The notes under the pieces are model-generated. The model ran no database searches and was not told where the DNA came from. It saw only the letters and a list, made by a program, of their open reading frames with translations. Of a stretch of DNA of 64,000 nucleotides, positions 36,890 to 50,064 are shown one piece after another. Position 1 is the stretch's first letter. Each line of letters starts with the position of its first letter. The stretch is from positions 7,504,001 through 7,568,000 of the forward strand of contig CM075996.1 of the NCBI GenBank assembly GCA_038087875.1, in the 5' to 3' direction. The DNA is from Malacoraja senta. Taxonomy: Eukaryota. A program made the translations under genes and the position numbers.

Positions 36890-37625
36890 TGTACAAAAAT
36901 TCAAAAATTTTGGAATGAAATTTTTGAAATCTTTACAAAGTTATTTGAAATAAGACTGATACCCAAAGCAGAATGGATTATCTTCGGAATAACGGAAGAT
37001 GGTCCAGAACTAAATGTGTTTCAAAAGAAACTAATAGACTATGGGTTAATAACTGGAAAAAAGCTAATTCTAAAATTTTGGAAGAAGGCTCCAATACCAA
37101 CTATAAACATGTGGATTTCAAATATGTTCGAAACATTACACCTAGAAGAGATAAGACTCCTCCTAGCAGGTAAACCAGATCACTTCCACCTGACGTGGTC
37201 TGCATTTATAGAATTATTACAAATATAGGGTGCAAAGGTACCTTTAAAAAAAAAATTGAGGTCAGGTAAGGGGGGGTGATAGTTGAAGAGTTGGTATGTC
37301 CCATTTGCGTAATGCTCATAAAAATATTTGTTTCTCTCTTTTTCCTCTTTCTCTTTCTCTTTCTTTTCTAGGGTCTATTTCTTAACTCTTTTTCTTTTGT
37401 TTTTAATTTTATTCTTATAGGGTCTTCGTCCTTTTTTGTTGTCACATTTTCTACACTCTCACTTTTTCCTTCACTTTCTTCTTTCTTTCAATCTTTTCCT
37501 TTTCTAGTGTAAAAAATAAATGGAGTACATTAATTGTAAGAAGACATAAGTGACGAGTACTAATGTATGTGGTTGTAATGTAATGTACTTCTAATAAATA
37601 AAAAATTAAAACAAATAAAAAAAAT
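36890..37625 (+). mobile_element. L1-clade LINE 3' end (ORF2 C-terminus, T-rich 3' UTR, A tail). Related minus-strand pieces at about 5255-5610 and 56490-56970
   Basis: LITGKKLILKFWKKAPIPTINMWISNM…W..FIE C-terminal motif; aataaa followed by an A-rich tail. Confidence 0.75.
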
Positions 37626-38199
37626 CATCAACTCCATCTACATTTCACGCTGCCTTGGGCAAGCAGTCAACATTATTAAGGACCGAAGAAGGGCCTCAAA
37701 CCGAAATGTCACCCTATACCTCTTCTCCAGAGATGCCGCCTGACCCGCTGAATTACTCCAGCTTCTTGCGTCTATCACGGGTTTAGAGGAATGCGTCCTG
37801 CAGTCTAATGTCCTTCAGTAACTCCTGGGGAACTTTTGCGAGATCCCTACCTGGGTAGAAATGGATTAGTGTAAGAAGGAACTGCAGATGCTGGTTTAAA
37901 CCGAAGATGGACACAAAAGCTGGAGTAACTCAGCGGGTCAGGCAGCATCTCTGGAGGAGACGAAGTAACAGGTGACCTTTCAGGTCAATACCCTTCAGGT
38001 TGAATGCAGGAGTTGTTGGCACCTATTATTTTTGAGGAGGGGCGATCATCTTTTTTTTTAATGTTTCAAAAATAATTTATATAATTACGAACATGATACG
38101 AAACAAAACCGTGGTGGCACGCCCACCACCAAGGTACAAAATCACCAAATTAGCTACATTTTCAAACAAGGGAGGAGGAGAGGGGAAAGAAGGAGAGTG

Positions 38200-38425
38200 A
38201 AGAGGAGGGGGGAGGAAGTGCTGGGGATGAGGGGGAATGGAGGAGGATAGGGGTAGGAAGAGGGATGGCGAGGCACACTTGGGGAGGGTCGCCGTGACTC
38301 GTGTCACAACGGGAACCAGACAGCCGCGCATGCGCAGTTGGGGGCTATGGGTGAGTGGTGGAATATTGCGTTCGGGGACCAGCCCTCCCGTGTGACAGGG
38401 ACCCAGTGGGTCCCACTGGATCTAG
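38200..38425 (+). mobile_element. Helitron-like 3' end
   Basis: GC hairpin gggaccc-agt-gggtccc (38398-38414), then CTAG (38422-38425) followed by T. Confidence 0.6.
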
Positions 38426-38584
38426 TCATCTCTCTCCCTGCCCTCTCTCTCTCTGACCTCTCTCTCTCTCTCTCTACCCCCCTCCCACTCCCTCTCGAGC
38501 CACGTCTGCAAGTTGGGGGCTATGCGTGAGTGGATGGGGGGATGGGCGTAAAAGGAGCAAATCAATAATATTAATATAATGTCA

Positions 38585-39340
38585 AGTGGGGTGGTTAGTG
38601 TGTGGGGGGGGGGGGGTTAGTGTGTGTGTGGGGGGCGGTGGTTAGTGTGTGTGGGGGGATAGTTAGTGTGTGTGTGTGTGGGGGGGTTGGTTAGTGTGTG
38701 TGTGTGTGGGGGGGTGGTTAGTGTGTGTGTGTGTGGGGGGGTTAGTGTGTGTGTGTGGGGGGGTTGGTTAGTGTGTGTGTGTGTGGGGGGGTTAGTGTGT
38801 GTGGGGCGTGGTTAGTGTGTGTGGGGGGTGGTTAGTGTGTGTGTGTGTGGGGGGGTTAGTGTGTGTGGGGGGTGGTTAGTGTGTGAGTGCATGGGGGGGT
38901 TAGTGTGTGTGGGGGGTGGTTAGTGTGTGTGTGTGGGGGGGGGTGGTTAGTGTGTGTGTGTGTGGGGGGGTTAGTGTGTGTGGGGGGTGGTTAGTGTGTG
39001 TGTGTGTGGGGGGTTAGTGTGTGTGGGGGGGTTAGTGTGTGTGGGGGGTTGGTTAGTGTGTGTGTGTGTGGGGGGGTTAGTGTGTGAGTGGGGGGGGTGG
39101 TTAGTGTGTGTGGGGGGTGGTTAGTGTGTGTGTGGGGGGCTAGTGTGTGTGTGTGTGGGGGGGCTAGTGTGTGTGTGTGTGTGGGGGGTGGTTAGTGTGT
39201 GTGTGGGGGGCGGTGGTTAGTGTGTGTGTGTGTGTGTGGGGTGGTTAGTGTGTGTGTGTGTGTGTGTGTGGGTGGTTAGTGTGTGTGTGTGTGTGGGTGG
39301 GGTGGTTAGTGTGTGTGTGTGTGTGGGTGGGGTGGTTAGT
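38585..39340. repeat. (GGTTA(GT)nGn) minisatellite running into an assembly gap
   Basis: Tandem ggttagtgtgtg…ggggg units. Confidence 0.92.
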
Positions 39341-39540
39341 NNNNNNNNNNNNNNNNNNNNNNNNNNNNNNNNNNNNNNNNNNNNNNNNNNNNNNNNNNNN
39401 NNNNNNNNNNNNNNNNNNNNNNNNNNNNNNNNNNNNNNNNNNNNNNNNNNNNNNNNNNNNNNNNNNNNNNNNNNNNNNNNNNNNNNNNNNNNNNNNNNNN
39501 NNNNNNNNNNNNNNNNNNNNNNNNNNNNNNNNNNNNNNNN
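39341..39540. other. Assembly gap (200 N)
   Basis: Run of N. Confidence 1.
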
Positions 39541-42500
39541 CTGGTGAGAAGGAATGGGTGACGTTACGGGTCGAGACCCTTCTTCAGACTTCCAACTGAA
39601 GAAGGGTCTCGACCCAAAACGTCACCCATTCCTTTTATCCAGCGGTGCTGCCTGTCCCGCTGAATTACTCCAGCATTTTGTGTCTATCAATAATGTGTAT
39701 CGCATGCATGTCACTTCTGATACATGGTGGTACCGGCCAGTGCAGTTGGTTGGGTATTACGTACCCTCCAATAAAGGATGTGTTGTTCGCAGCTCTACCC
39801 TTGCCCGTAAAGGTCATCGACGCGCAAGAGACCCTTCTTCAGACTGAGAGTCGGGGGGAAAGGAAACTAGAGATATAGACGGTGATGTATAGGGAGATAT
39901 AGAACAAATGAATGAAAGATGTGCAAAAAAAGTAAAGATGAGAAAGGAAACAAGGCCATTGTTAGCTGTGGGCTTGGTGAAAACGGGTTAAGGGCCTGTC
40001 CCACTTGGCGATTTTTTCAGCGACTGCCGTCATCTTTGACTGACATATCAGGTCCCCGAAAAGTTCACGGCGTGATGACATATTGACGCGCGGTGTTTTT
40101 CCAAGTGTCGCAGCGTTTTTTTTGTCGCCGCTGGATTTTGAAATGTTCAAAATCGTTTGGCGACACTGATATGATGCCGGCAGTCGCTGAAAAAAATCGC
40201 CAAGTGGGACAGGCCCTTTACAGACATTGCGACTCAACAAGATGACTTTGAAGCTAGTATGACTAGGGTGGGGGAAGGATGGAGAGGGAGGGGATGCAAG
40301 GGTCACTTGAAGTTAGAGAAATCAATATTCATGCTGCTGGGTTGAGCACGGGTTTGGAGTGTGGGAGAAAACCGAAGCACCCGGAGAAAACCCACGCAGT
40401 CACTGGGAGAACGTGCAAACTCCGTACGGACAGCACCTGTAGTCAGGTCAGGTCAGGTCGTACTCAACAGTATTCCAGGGATGTGAATCCAGGGTTGAAC
40501 CCGGGTCTCTGCCCCTGTGAGGCAGCAACTCTACCGCCTTCAGGTCACCACAGTGCTGTTGGTTTCAATAGCTTGCGTTTGCAAATTCCTCGTGGTTTTG
40601 GTTGACACGGATGCAGCACGAAAATCGCACGTCCTGCACCGAAACCAGGTTGGAAAGACAAGCAAGCTACGAAACCAGATCTGTATTGATACCGAACGAA
40701 TCGAAGAGGGATTTTATTGCTTGTGATTCACATGTGTGGCTCGAAGCCAAGCAAATCACCTCAGATGAAGCCCGGTGGAGCAAGCTGGAAATTAGTGAGG
40801 GTAGGAGTATGAATTGGCATCCCCAAAGTTGGAATGGTGGGAGTTGGAAGATGTTAAATCTCTCTTTGCCAATACCAGCTTCACCTGTACAGGCGCACTT
40901 TGACACCACCTACTAGCTGTCGGAACTTGCTTATGACTCAAACCCGCAGTAAACAGCTTACAATTAGAGACCATATTAAAGTAATTAAACTTCCCTGGAT
41001 ACTTTAAAATCCAAACTAAATGTGGGGGGGGGGGGTAACCTTTTCACACAAAGGGTGGTGGGTGTATGGAACGAGTTGCCAGAGGAGGTAGTTGAGGCTG
41101 GGACTATCCCAATGTTTTCAAACAGAGAGTTGTGATTCTGTGGAATTCTCTGCCTCAGAGGGCGGTGGAGGCCGGTTCTCTGGATACTTTCAAGAGAGAG
41201 CTAGATAGGGCTCTTAAAGATAGCGGAGTCGGGGGATATGGGGAGAAGGCAGGAACGGGGTACTGATTGGGGATGATCACATTGAATGGCGGTGCTGGCT
41301 CGAAGAGCCAAATGGCTACTCCTGCACCTATTATCTATTGTCTATTGTTTAAGAAGCAGTTAGACAGGTATAAGGATAGGATAGTAAATGTATAAATGTA
41401 AAATTGTCCCGAGTGTGTGTAGGGTGGTGTTAATGTGCGGGGATTGCTAGTCCGTGTGGACCCGGTGGGCAGAAGGGCCTGTTTCCGCGCTGTATCTCTA
41501 AACTAAACCAAACTAAGACACGTGACAATAAAACACTCTTGACCCTTGACCCTGTCAGGTTTTGCTTATTGCTGTGACTTTCGTTCTCATTTCCTCTTTC
41601 AGGGCGGTGTTGGGGCAGAAATGCATTTGAACATGTCTATTGACTTTTAGTTCACGTTTAAAAAAAAACATTAATCATCATTTTTATCGTTCTCATTGCT
41701 GTGTGTATATATAAATGTTTATCAAAGTAATGAGAAATACATTTGTATGCATACCAAGCCACTGGAAGTCATTGGGGTAGGTAGGGAAATAGGACAGGTT
41801 TAGAGGAATATGGGCCAAAGGCGGGCAAATAGGTCTAGTTTTGATGGGGGCGTCTTGGACAAGTTGGGCCGATGCCCCTGTTTCTGTGCTGTAAGACTCT
41901 ATAGATTATAGAGGGCTAAGGGATACGGGGAGAAAGCAGGACCAGGGTACTGATTTTGGATTATCAGCCTTGACCATCATACGTGCTGGCTCGAAGGGCC
42001 GAATGGCCTATTATTGCACCTATTTTTTTATGTTTCTAGAATGCTGATTCCTTCAGGATTAAAAGAAGGTTCCTTGAGAAAGATGAGGAAGAATTACTTT
42101 AGTCAGAGGGTGGTGAATCTGTGCAATTCTTGGCCACAGACGGCTGTGGAGGCCGTCAAATGGATATTTTTAAGGCGGGGATAGATAGATTCTTAATTAG
42201 TATGGGTGACAGGGGTTATGGGGAGAAGGCAGGAGAATGGGGTTAAGAGGGAACGATAGATCAGCCGGTGATGTTAATCTTGAGAACTAATGAGAAGCTG
42301 TCCAACCTACTGTGACTATATTAGTGTGGCGCAGTGGTAGAGTCGCTGCCTTACAGTGTTTGCAGCGGCGGAGACCCGGGTTCGATCCCGACTACGGGTG
42401 CCGTCTGTATGGAGTTGACGATTCACCGCTCTGTGATGTTTGGTGGACTGTGTGGGGTGGGAGGACCCGTTGCTCCTCCCGTGCAGTAGGTGGCGCTGCA

Positions 42501-42576
42501 CAGGACAAAGGGAGATGTGTATATAGTTTATCCAGTCTGTGTGTGTGTGTGTCTGTGTGTGTGGTCAGATTCTGTG

Positions 42577-42960
42577 CAAAGATCCTATAGCGAGCAAGAT
42601 AGTCCACTCAACGAAAAAGATGTAGTACGGTCATGGGCAGATTCATTGGTAATTTAAGGCTCCATTTCCGTAACTGGCTTCCGTCTCCGCACCAAAGATC
42701 CCATAGGATAATAGTGCGGAGACGGAAGCCGGTTACGGAAACATCCTCGTAAAAGTTATTTGGGAAAAATCTTCTCCTCATTTTCAGAATTATAATTTAT
42801 TAACACAAACTGTTCCCCCGCAACGTTGATTACACTGCGAGTCGGGTCGGGTTACTGAAATGGATGAAAAAAAGGCCCACGTTGCGCTCCGTTGCGTACT
42901 ACACGTCAGCCCATTGCATTTAGCAGGAGTGGTCCATCTTGCTCCGCTATAGGATCTTTG
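42577..42960. mobile_element. hAT-type MITE
   Basis: TIR caaagatcctatagcg/cgctataggatctttg with a perfect 8-bp TSD ATTCTGTG. Confidence 0.9.
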
Positions 42961-43479
42961 ATTCTGTGTGTGCAGCCATTTTTGAGTTGTCTTGCTGCCA
43001 GCATTGAAGTAATGTAATAGAGATTTCTGTTGTACCTTGAAGACTCTCAAGTACTTGTGCAGACCTAGAAGACGAACACGAAACACTCCTCTCTATGAAG
43101 CCGGTCCCTTGGTCAGATGAGAAAAAGGATATTGAAATACCGAACATGAGACATCATCGGGTGGCATGGTGGCGCGCTGGTAGAGTTTGCTGCCTCACAG
43201 CGCCACAGACCCAGGTTCAGTCCTGACCTTGGGTGATGTCTGTACGGAGTTTGTACGTTCTCCCTGTGACCCCGTGGGTTTTCTCCGGGTGCTCCCACAC
43301 TCCAAAGACCTGCATGTTTGTCTGTTAATTGTCCCCCATTAATTGCCCCCCCCCCCGTGTAGAGGAAGTGAATGAGAGAGGAAAATAACATGGAACTAGT
43401 GTGAACAGGGTCCACTTCCTCTTCTTCTTGCGAATGAACCATAAATAAACCAAAGGAATAGTTAGATCTCAAGCCGGGT

Positions 43480-44010
43480 GTTGAGCAGCCAGGTTGTTGT
43501 CTCTGTTGGCGTCAATGTCTGCCAGGCCCTGACAGAGCTCCATTTGGTGGGTGGTAGAGCGGGCACCCAGAGATGACATGGTTGGCTGTCTGTTGTTCTG
43601 CTCCGCATTCACAGGCTGGGCTCTGGCGGAGCCCCCATCTCCACATGCTGGCATTGAAACGCCCGACTCCAGTACCAAGTCTGTTGAGCTTCACCCATGC
43701 TCCTCTGGGGAGGTCAGACCCCAGACAGCTTTTATCTGGTGAAGAGATGTCGCTGTGTAATGGAGATGAGGTTGCCTTCCACTCCTGTGACCACTTGGTG
43801 GCTATCCAGTGTGCTTTTGTCTCCGTTGGCTGGATGGATGGATGCTCGGAGTTGTTTTCCATGTGGAGCAAAGGGGTGACAGGACTTCAGTCGGGGTGGC
43901 CTCTGCTCTCTGCTGATAGCCTGATGGAGGAGGTGATCTGGGTCCATGGCACGACGAGATAGTGCCAGAGTTGCTGCTTGCCTTCGGATCCCTGCAGGCG
44001 GAATGCCTGA
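43480..44010 (-). mobile_element. Non-LTR retrotransposon (RTE-X-like) ORF C-terminal fragment
   Basis: WVKLNRLGTGVGRF…WG..SPACECGAEQQTANHVISGCP, a C-terminal CCHC motif. Confidence 0.7.
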
Positions 44011-44399
44011 ACGGGTGATCAATGTGAACGGGTGAACCAAAGCCTTTCACTGTTGCTCGACAATAAACTGAACAACTCAACTCAATGGTTGGACGCACGG
44101 AGGCGCAGCGGTAGAGTTGCTGCCTTACAGAGCTTGCAGCACCGGAGACCCGGGTTCGATCCCGACTACGGGTGCTGTCTGGACGGAGTTTGCACGTTCT
44201 CCCCGTGACTTGCCTGGGTTTTCTCCGAGATCTTCGGTTTCCTCCCACACTCCAAAGACGTACAGGTTTGTAGGTTAAGTGGCTTGTTTAAAGTTTCAAT
44301 TGTCCCCAGTGTGTGTAGGACAGTGTTAATGTGCGGGGGATCGCTGGTCGGTGTGGACCTGGTGGGCTGAAAGGCCTGTTTCCGCGCTGTATCTCTAAA

Positions 44400-44912
44400 C
44401 TAAACTAAACTAATGGTCAATGCGGACTCGACGAGCCAAAGGGCCTGTTTTCAGGCTGTACTATATCTCTAAACTAACCTAAACTAAACTAAAGGTCAAT
44501 GCGGACTTGACGAGCCAAAGGGCCTGTTTTCAGGCTGTACTATATCTCTAAACTAAACTAATGGTCAATGCGGACTCGACGAGCCAAAGGGCCTGTTTTC
44601 AGGCTGTACTATATCTCTAAACTAAACTAATGGTCAATGCGGACTTGACGAGCCAAAGGGCCTGTTTTCAGGCTGTACTATATCTCTAAACTAAACTAAT
44701 GGTCAATGCGGACTTGACGAGCCAAAGGGCCTGTTTTCAGGCTGTACTATATCTCTAAACTAACCTAAACTAAACTAATGGTCAATGCGGACTCGACGAG
44801 CCAAAGGGCCTGTTTTCAGGCTGTACTATATCTCTAAACTAAACTAATGGACAATGCGGACTCGGTGAGCCAAAGGGCCTTTTTTCACGCTGTATTGTAT
44901 CTCTAAACTAAA
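44400..44912 (+). repeat. Tandem array (7 units, about 69 bp) of a SINE 3' tail
   Basis: Repeated ggtcaatgcggactYgacgagccaaagggcctgttttcaggctgtactatatctctaaactaaac directly after the SINE at 44090-44412. Confidence 0.9.
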
Positions 44913-47900
44913 CGCTAGGCGATGCAAAACTCATTTTGTTAAAGGCAGCGTTGATCCCTCGTTCCCGCCTGTGCTTTAGTCACCTGAACTATTTACTGCA
45001 GGCACCTCGAGGCATTTGAAGGACGTAGCCAGGACCGTGACCCGATGTCAAGCCTCATCTCCCAGATCAAATTCCACAGTGCTGAGGCCGTGATTACACA
45101 CAGCTATGTGGAGCAGACCACATTGTTTGCATGCCCGACCGAAGGCTGCTGAAACAGTCAAACAGCTGCAGGATAGACACAAAGAGCTGGAGTAACTCAG
45201 CTGCAGTAACTCAGACAGCATCTCTGGAGAGAAGGAATAGGTGGCGTTTTGGGTCGAGACCCGTCTTCAGACTGAGAGTCAAGGGAAAGGGAAATGAGAG
45301 ATATAGGCGGTGATGTAGAGAGATTTTGAAAGATATGTATGCAAAAAAGTAACGATGATAAAGGAAACAGGCCATTGGTAGCTGTGGCCTAGGTGAAAAC
45401 CAGTATAGACCTTCTTCTTGCGTATGGCGTGCCCAGCCTAAAGTTGCAAGACAACTTGTTCTGTTTGATCTTCTGTTTGTGCACGCCAGGTTGATTGCAT
45501 TCGTCGAAACAGGGCGGACCACGTGAAGGTTGCAATCTATCCACCCCACTAGTATAGATAATGAGGCTCAACGAGACAACAGCTGGAGAAACTCTACAGG
45601 CTCGGCAGCATCTGTGGAGAGAAATAGGCTTCCCCCTCCACGGATGCCGACTGTCCCGCTGAGTTCCAACTGCAGTTTGTTTTGTGCTCGGGTTTCCTGT
45701 ATCTGCAGCCTCGTGTGTCGTCTGAAATAGACCAACCGACTGATTGAAAACCACAGCATGGAAACAGGCCTAGGTGGCGTGGACGTGGAGAGGATGCTTC
45801 CCGTGGTGGGAGAGTCTAGGACAAGAGGGCACAGCCTCAGAATAAAAGGCTGTAGCTTTTAGAATGGAGATGACGAGGAATTTCTTTAGCCAGAGGGTGG
45901 TGAATCTGTGGAATTCATTGCCACAAGTGGAGGTGGTGGTCGAGTCAGTAGGTATTTTTAAAGTGGGGATTAATAGGCTCTTGATTAGTAAGGTTATGGA
46001 GAGATGACAGTGGGGACAATGGTGTTGGGAGGCAATAATAGATCAGAGATGATCGAATGGTAGAGCCGACTCAATGGGCCGAATGGTTCTATGGTCCTTC
46101 AGCCCAACAAGTCCACGCCGACTATCGATCACCGGTTCTATGTTATCTCATCCACTCCATTCACATTAGGGCGGCAATTTACAGGGGCCAGTTAACCTAC
46201 AAACCCGCACTTCTTTGAAATGTGGGAGGAAACCAGGGCACCCGGAGGAAACCCACGCGGTCACAGGGAGAACGTACCAACTCCACTCACTCAGCACCCG
46301 AGGTCAGGATCGAACCTGGATCTCCGGTGCGGTGAGGCAGCAGTTCTACCAGCTGTGCTGCTGTGCTGCCCTGGACATGCCAAGCTCGGTCATGGGAATA
46401 CATTATTAGACTGGCAACAAAAAAAAAAAAAATCGCAGGCTGCTGCAAATCCCCGGCACATGTCCTCTCGAAGTTGGGTAGGACAATTCGGAACGGCATT
46501 GAGAAGTTTGAAACCATGCATTTGGAACAGAGGATAGACACAAAAAGCAGGAGTAACTCAGCGGGTCAGTCCGAAGAAGAGTCTCGACCCAAAAAACATC
46601 TCCGACTCCTTTTCTCCAGAGATGCTGCCTGACCCGCTGACTTACTCCAACTTTTTGTGCCTATCTTCGGATTAAACCGGCATCTGCAGTTCCTTCCTGC
46701 ACATTGGGAACTGAGACCTGGTACCCAGCTGAAGGAGGTCACTATCTCTCCAACTCTGGAGTGCCGGAGGTTGAGGGAGAACTTGTTAGATGTATATAAG
46801 CCCAACTCTTCCATGCTGACCAAGATGCTCGTTCCATATGGCTGTGTTTGACCCATATCCCTCTCAACTCCTATCCATCCACCTGTACAAATGTCCTTTA
46901 TTCAACCACAAATTTAACAATTTGGTTAACTTTTTTGTCCTTCCATACCTGGTTCAAGTGGTTTTTTTCCCCCTCCGTCTGTCACCAATAATTTTTCATA
47001 AGTCATAGGAGCAGAATTAGGCCATTCGGCCCATCAAGTCTACTGCACCATTCAATCATGGCTGATCTATCTTTCCCTCCTAACCCCATTCTCCTGCCCC
47101 GTCCCCATAACCTCTGACCCCTGTACTAATCATGAATCTATCTATCTTTACCTTAAATATATCCATTGACTTGGCCTCCACAGCCTTCTGTGGCGAGGAA
47201 TTCCACAGATTCGCTACCCTCTGACTAAGGAAATTTCTCCTCATCTCCTTCCTAAAAGAACGTCCTTTAATTCTGAGGCTGCGACTTCTCGTCCTAGACT
47301 CTCCCACCAGCGGAAACATCAGTGTCAAAAACTATAACTGTCAGTGACCAGCTTTGTTTATTTGTTTTTCCACCGGTGTCTGGTGCTTTTTGCCACCTTA
47401 TTTATGTACAGTAAATGTGATCACACAAATGTGAAGTGTCGTGTCGCGATTGTTGTTCTTTGCCTATTGGGAGGCTGCTTGCTCCACCCCAGTGTGAAGG
47501 TTCACTTCTTGAAGACCGGCAACTCACAATGGGTTAGGTAAACCAACTCAAGCTTTACTGATCATCAGCCGGCGAGAGTGTCAGGGGATACAGAGTCAAG
47601 TATGCAACAGACACTTAAAGGGGCCTGTCCCACTTGGACGACCTAATCCACGAGTTTAGAAGACCCTAGACGAGTTGAAAAAAATGTCACGGTCGTGTTG
47701 ACTCGCCAAAGTAAAAGACCTCCTACGACTATGTCTATGACCCCCCCTCGACCTCAGTCTTCCACCCCTAAGACCAACTATGACTAGCCTCGAGTGGAAA
47801 TTATCACATGATAAAATGATGTCATGTTTGCATTTTATTTTCTCGGGCCAGTTACCGACCTACGACCTACCCTCGACTACCATCACGACCTACTATGATC

Positions 47901-48357
47901 TACCCACGAGTAAAAAGTATGGATTTTTTCCACGCTGACCTTTTTTTTACTCGTGGACATTTTTTATCAGGCTAGAAAAAAACGCCGCGACCTACTTGAG
48001 GCCATGAGTACGCGGAGACCACTCACGAGCATGAGGAAGAGTGACCTACAACCCCCTACGACCTCGTGGCGACCATGCTGCGAGTATGAGTCGAGGGCAA
48101 ACTCGGCAGAGGTCGCCAATTAGGTCGTGAAAGTGGGACAGGGGCTTGAGTGCCTTTACCGTGGGCAGAACAGGAAGCACTATCAGAAAAGCTAGTATGC
48201 AGGCCTCTAGCTTCCTGATCCCCATGGTTCCTCTAATATGGTACAGAATCAGAAAACTTCAGTTTATTCAGAACCCCAAAATAAAGTCAAGCTAATCTTT
48301 TACTTAGTAAAATATGTTACACTTCAATTGTTACATAACCAGGATATTCTCAACAGG

Positions 48358-48521
48358 ATGGCAGAGAGTAAGCGGAGCCCAGAGGAGAGGCACAGCCGCA
48401 AGATGCTGAAGAGCGAGACCCAGCTGGTCATGGAGGCCTTCCTGAGGAGGGTGCAGAACGAGGGCGACTCGGTCGGCCATGTTGGCCGTTGCTACCACGA
48501 CGCAAGGAAGTTCAAAGCCAC
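48358..48521 (+). CDS. BCL2L12: BCL2-like 12 coding exon 1 (MAESKRSPEERHSRKMLKSETQLVMEAFLRR…GHVGRCYHDARKFKA)
   Basis: ETQLVMEAFLRR matches the BCL2L12 N-terminal motif (human DTLRVLAAFLRR, recalled). Donor AC|gtaagc, phase 2. Confidence 0.85.
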
Positions 48522-49810
48522 GTAAGCTTCTTGCTCTCTCTTCGTGGATTTAGATTTTGTTGTTGTTTTGTTTTGGAGATACAGGGCGGAAACAAGCCCT
48601 TCTGCCAAAATCTCCGTCTCTCCCCCCCCCCTCCCCTGCCGCCCCCGTCCCACACCACAATCAGTCTGAAGAAGGGTCATGACATAAAATGTCACGCATC
48701 CATGTTCCCCAGAGATGCAGCCTGATCCCCTCAGTCTGAAGGAGGGTCTTGACCCGAAACGTCACCCATTCCTTTGCTCCATAGATGCTGCCTCACCCGC
48801 TGAGGTTCTCTAGCATTTTTGTCTACCTTTGATTTTTCCAGCATCTGCAGTTCTTTCTTAAACCCTGAGATACTCCAGCACTTTGCCTTCTTTTGTAAAC
48901 CAGCATCTCGGGTCCTTGTGTAGCCACCTAACAGTGCTACAGTGTGGAAACAGGCCCTTCGGCCCAACTTGCGCACACCGGCCTACATGTCTCATCTACA
49001 CTGGTCCCACTTGCCTGCGTTTGGCGCATATCCCTCTAAACCTGTCCTATCCATGTACCTGTCTAATTGCATCTTAAACATTGCAATAGTCCCTGCCTCA
49101 ACTCTCTGGCAGCTTGTTCCATTCACCCACCACCTTTTGTGTGAAAAAATGATGCCTCAAATTCCTATAAAATCTTAGGTAGACAAAAGTGCTGGAGAAA
49201 CTCAGCGGGTGCAGCAGCATCTATGGAGCGAAAGAAATAGGCAACGTTTCTGGCTGAAACCCTTCTTCAGACTGTAAAATCTTCCCCCTTTCACCTTAAA
49301 CCATGCCCTCTGGTTCTCACTTCCCCCACTCTGGGCAAGAAACTTTGTGCATCCACCCGACGTATTCCTCTCATGATTTTATACACCACTACAAGATCAC
49401 CTTCCATCCTCTTGCACACTGGGGAATAGAGTCCCAGCCTGCTCAACCTCTCCCTATAGCTTGGGCTCTCGAGTCCTGGTAACATCCTTGTAAATCCTCT
49501 CTGCACCCTTTCCAACTTATCACCATCTTTCCTGTAACATGGTGCCCAGAACGGAACACAATACTAAATACGGCCTCACCATCGTCTTGTATAACTGCAA
49601 CGTGACCTCCGACTTTATATTCATGACCCACCCCCCCAACTTCGACACTCATGAGTTAGATAGAGCTCTTAAAGATACCGGAGTCAAGGGATATGGGGGA
49701 GAAGGCAGGAACGGGGTACTGATTGTGGATGATCAGCCATGATCACACTGAATGGCGGTGCTGGCTCGATGGGCCGAATGGCCTACTCCTGCACCTATTG
49801 TCTATTGTCT

Positions 49811-49990
49811 ATGACCTCCCAACTTCTAAACCCATGACCTCCCAACTTCTATACCCATGACCTCCCAACTTCTAAACCCATGACCTCCCAACTTCTATAC
49901 CCATGACCTCCCAACTTCTAAACCCATGACCTCCCAACTTCTAAACCCATGACCTCCCAACTTCTATACCCATGACCTCCCAACCTCTAC
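49811..49990. repeat. 23-bp minisatellite, 8 copies (atgacctcccaacttctaWaccc)
   Basis: Units start at 49811, 49834 … 49972; ends about 75 bp upstream of BCL2L12 exon 2. Confidence 0.92.
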
Positions 49991-50064
49991 ACGCTTGGCC
50001 GCCCAACTTCTACACTCTTTTTTTTCCCAATGTTTCACCAATGTTTTTCCTTTTGGATCTAAAG

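Noticed and set aside
38585..39340. Interstitial telomere repeat
   Set aside because: The unit is GGTTAG(TG)n, not tandem TTAGGG.
40550..41010. Unique island with 80-104 aa ORFs; an IRF3-like head-to-head gene was considered because human IRF3 neighbours BCL2L12
   Set aside because: No IRF Trp-repeat domain or convincing splice sites; may be regulatory (TGACTCA present) but unsupported.
43020..43125. Possible exon in a unique island (minus-strand acceptor/donor; plus-strand DFCCTLKTLKYLCRPRRR)
   Set aside because: Weak donor, no phase-compatible partner exon, no recognisable homology.
44400..44912. CRISPR-like regular repeats
   Set aside because: Eukaryotic DNA; units are near-identical with no unique spacers and derive from a SINE tail.
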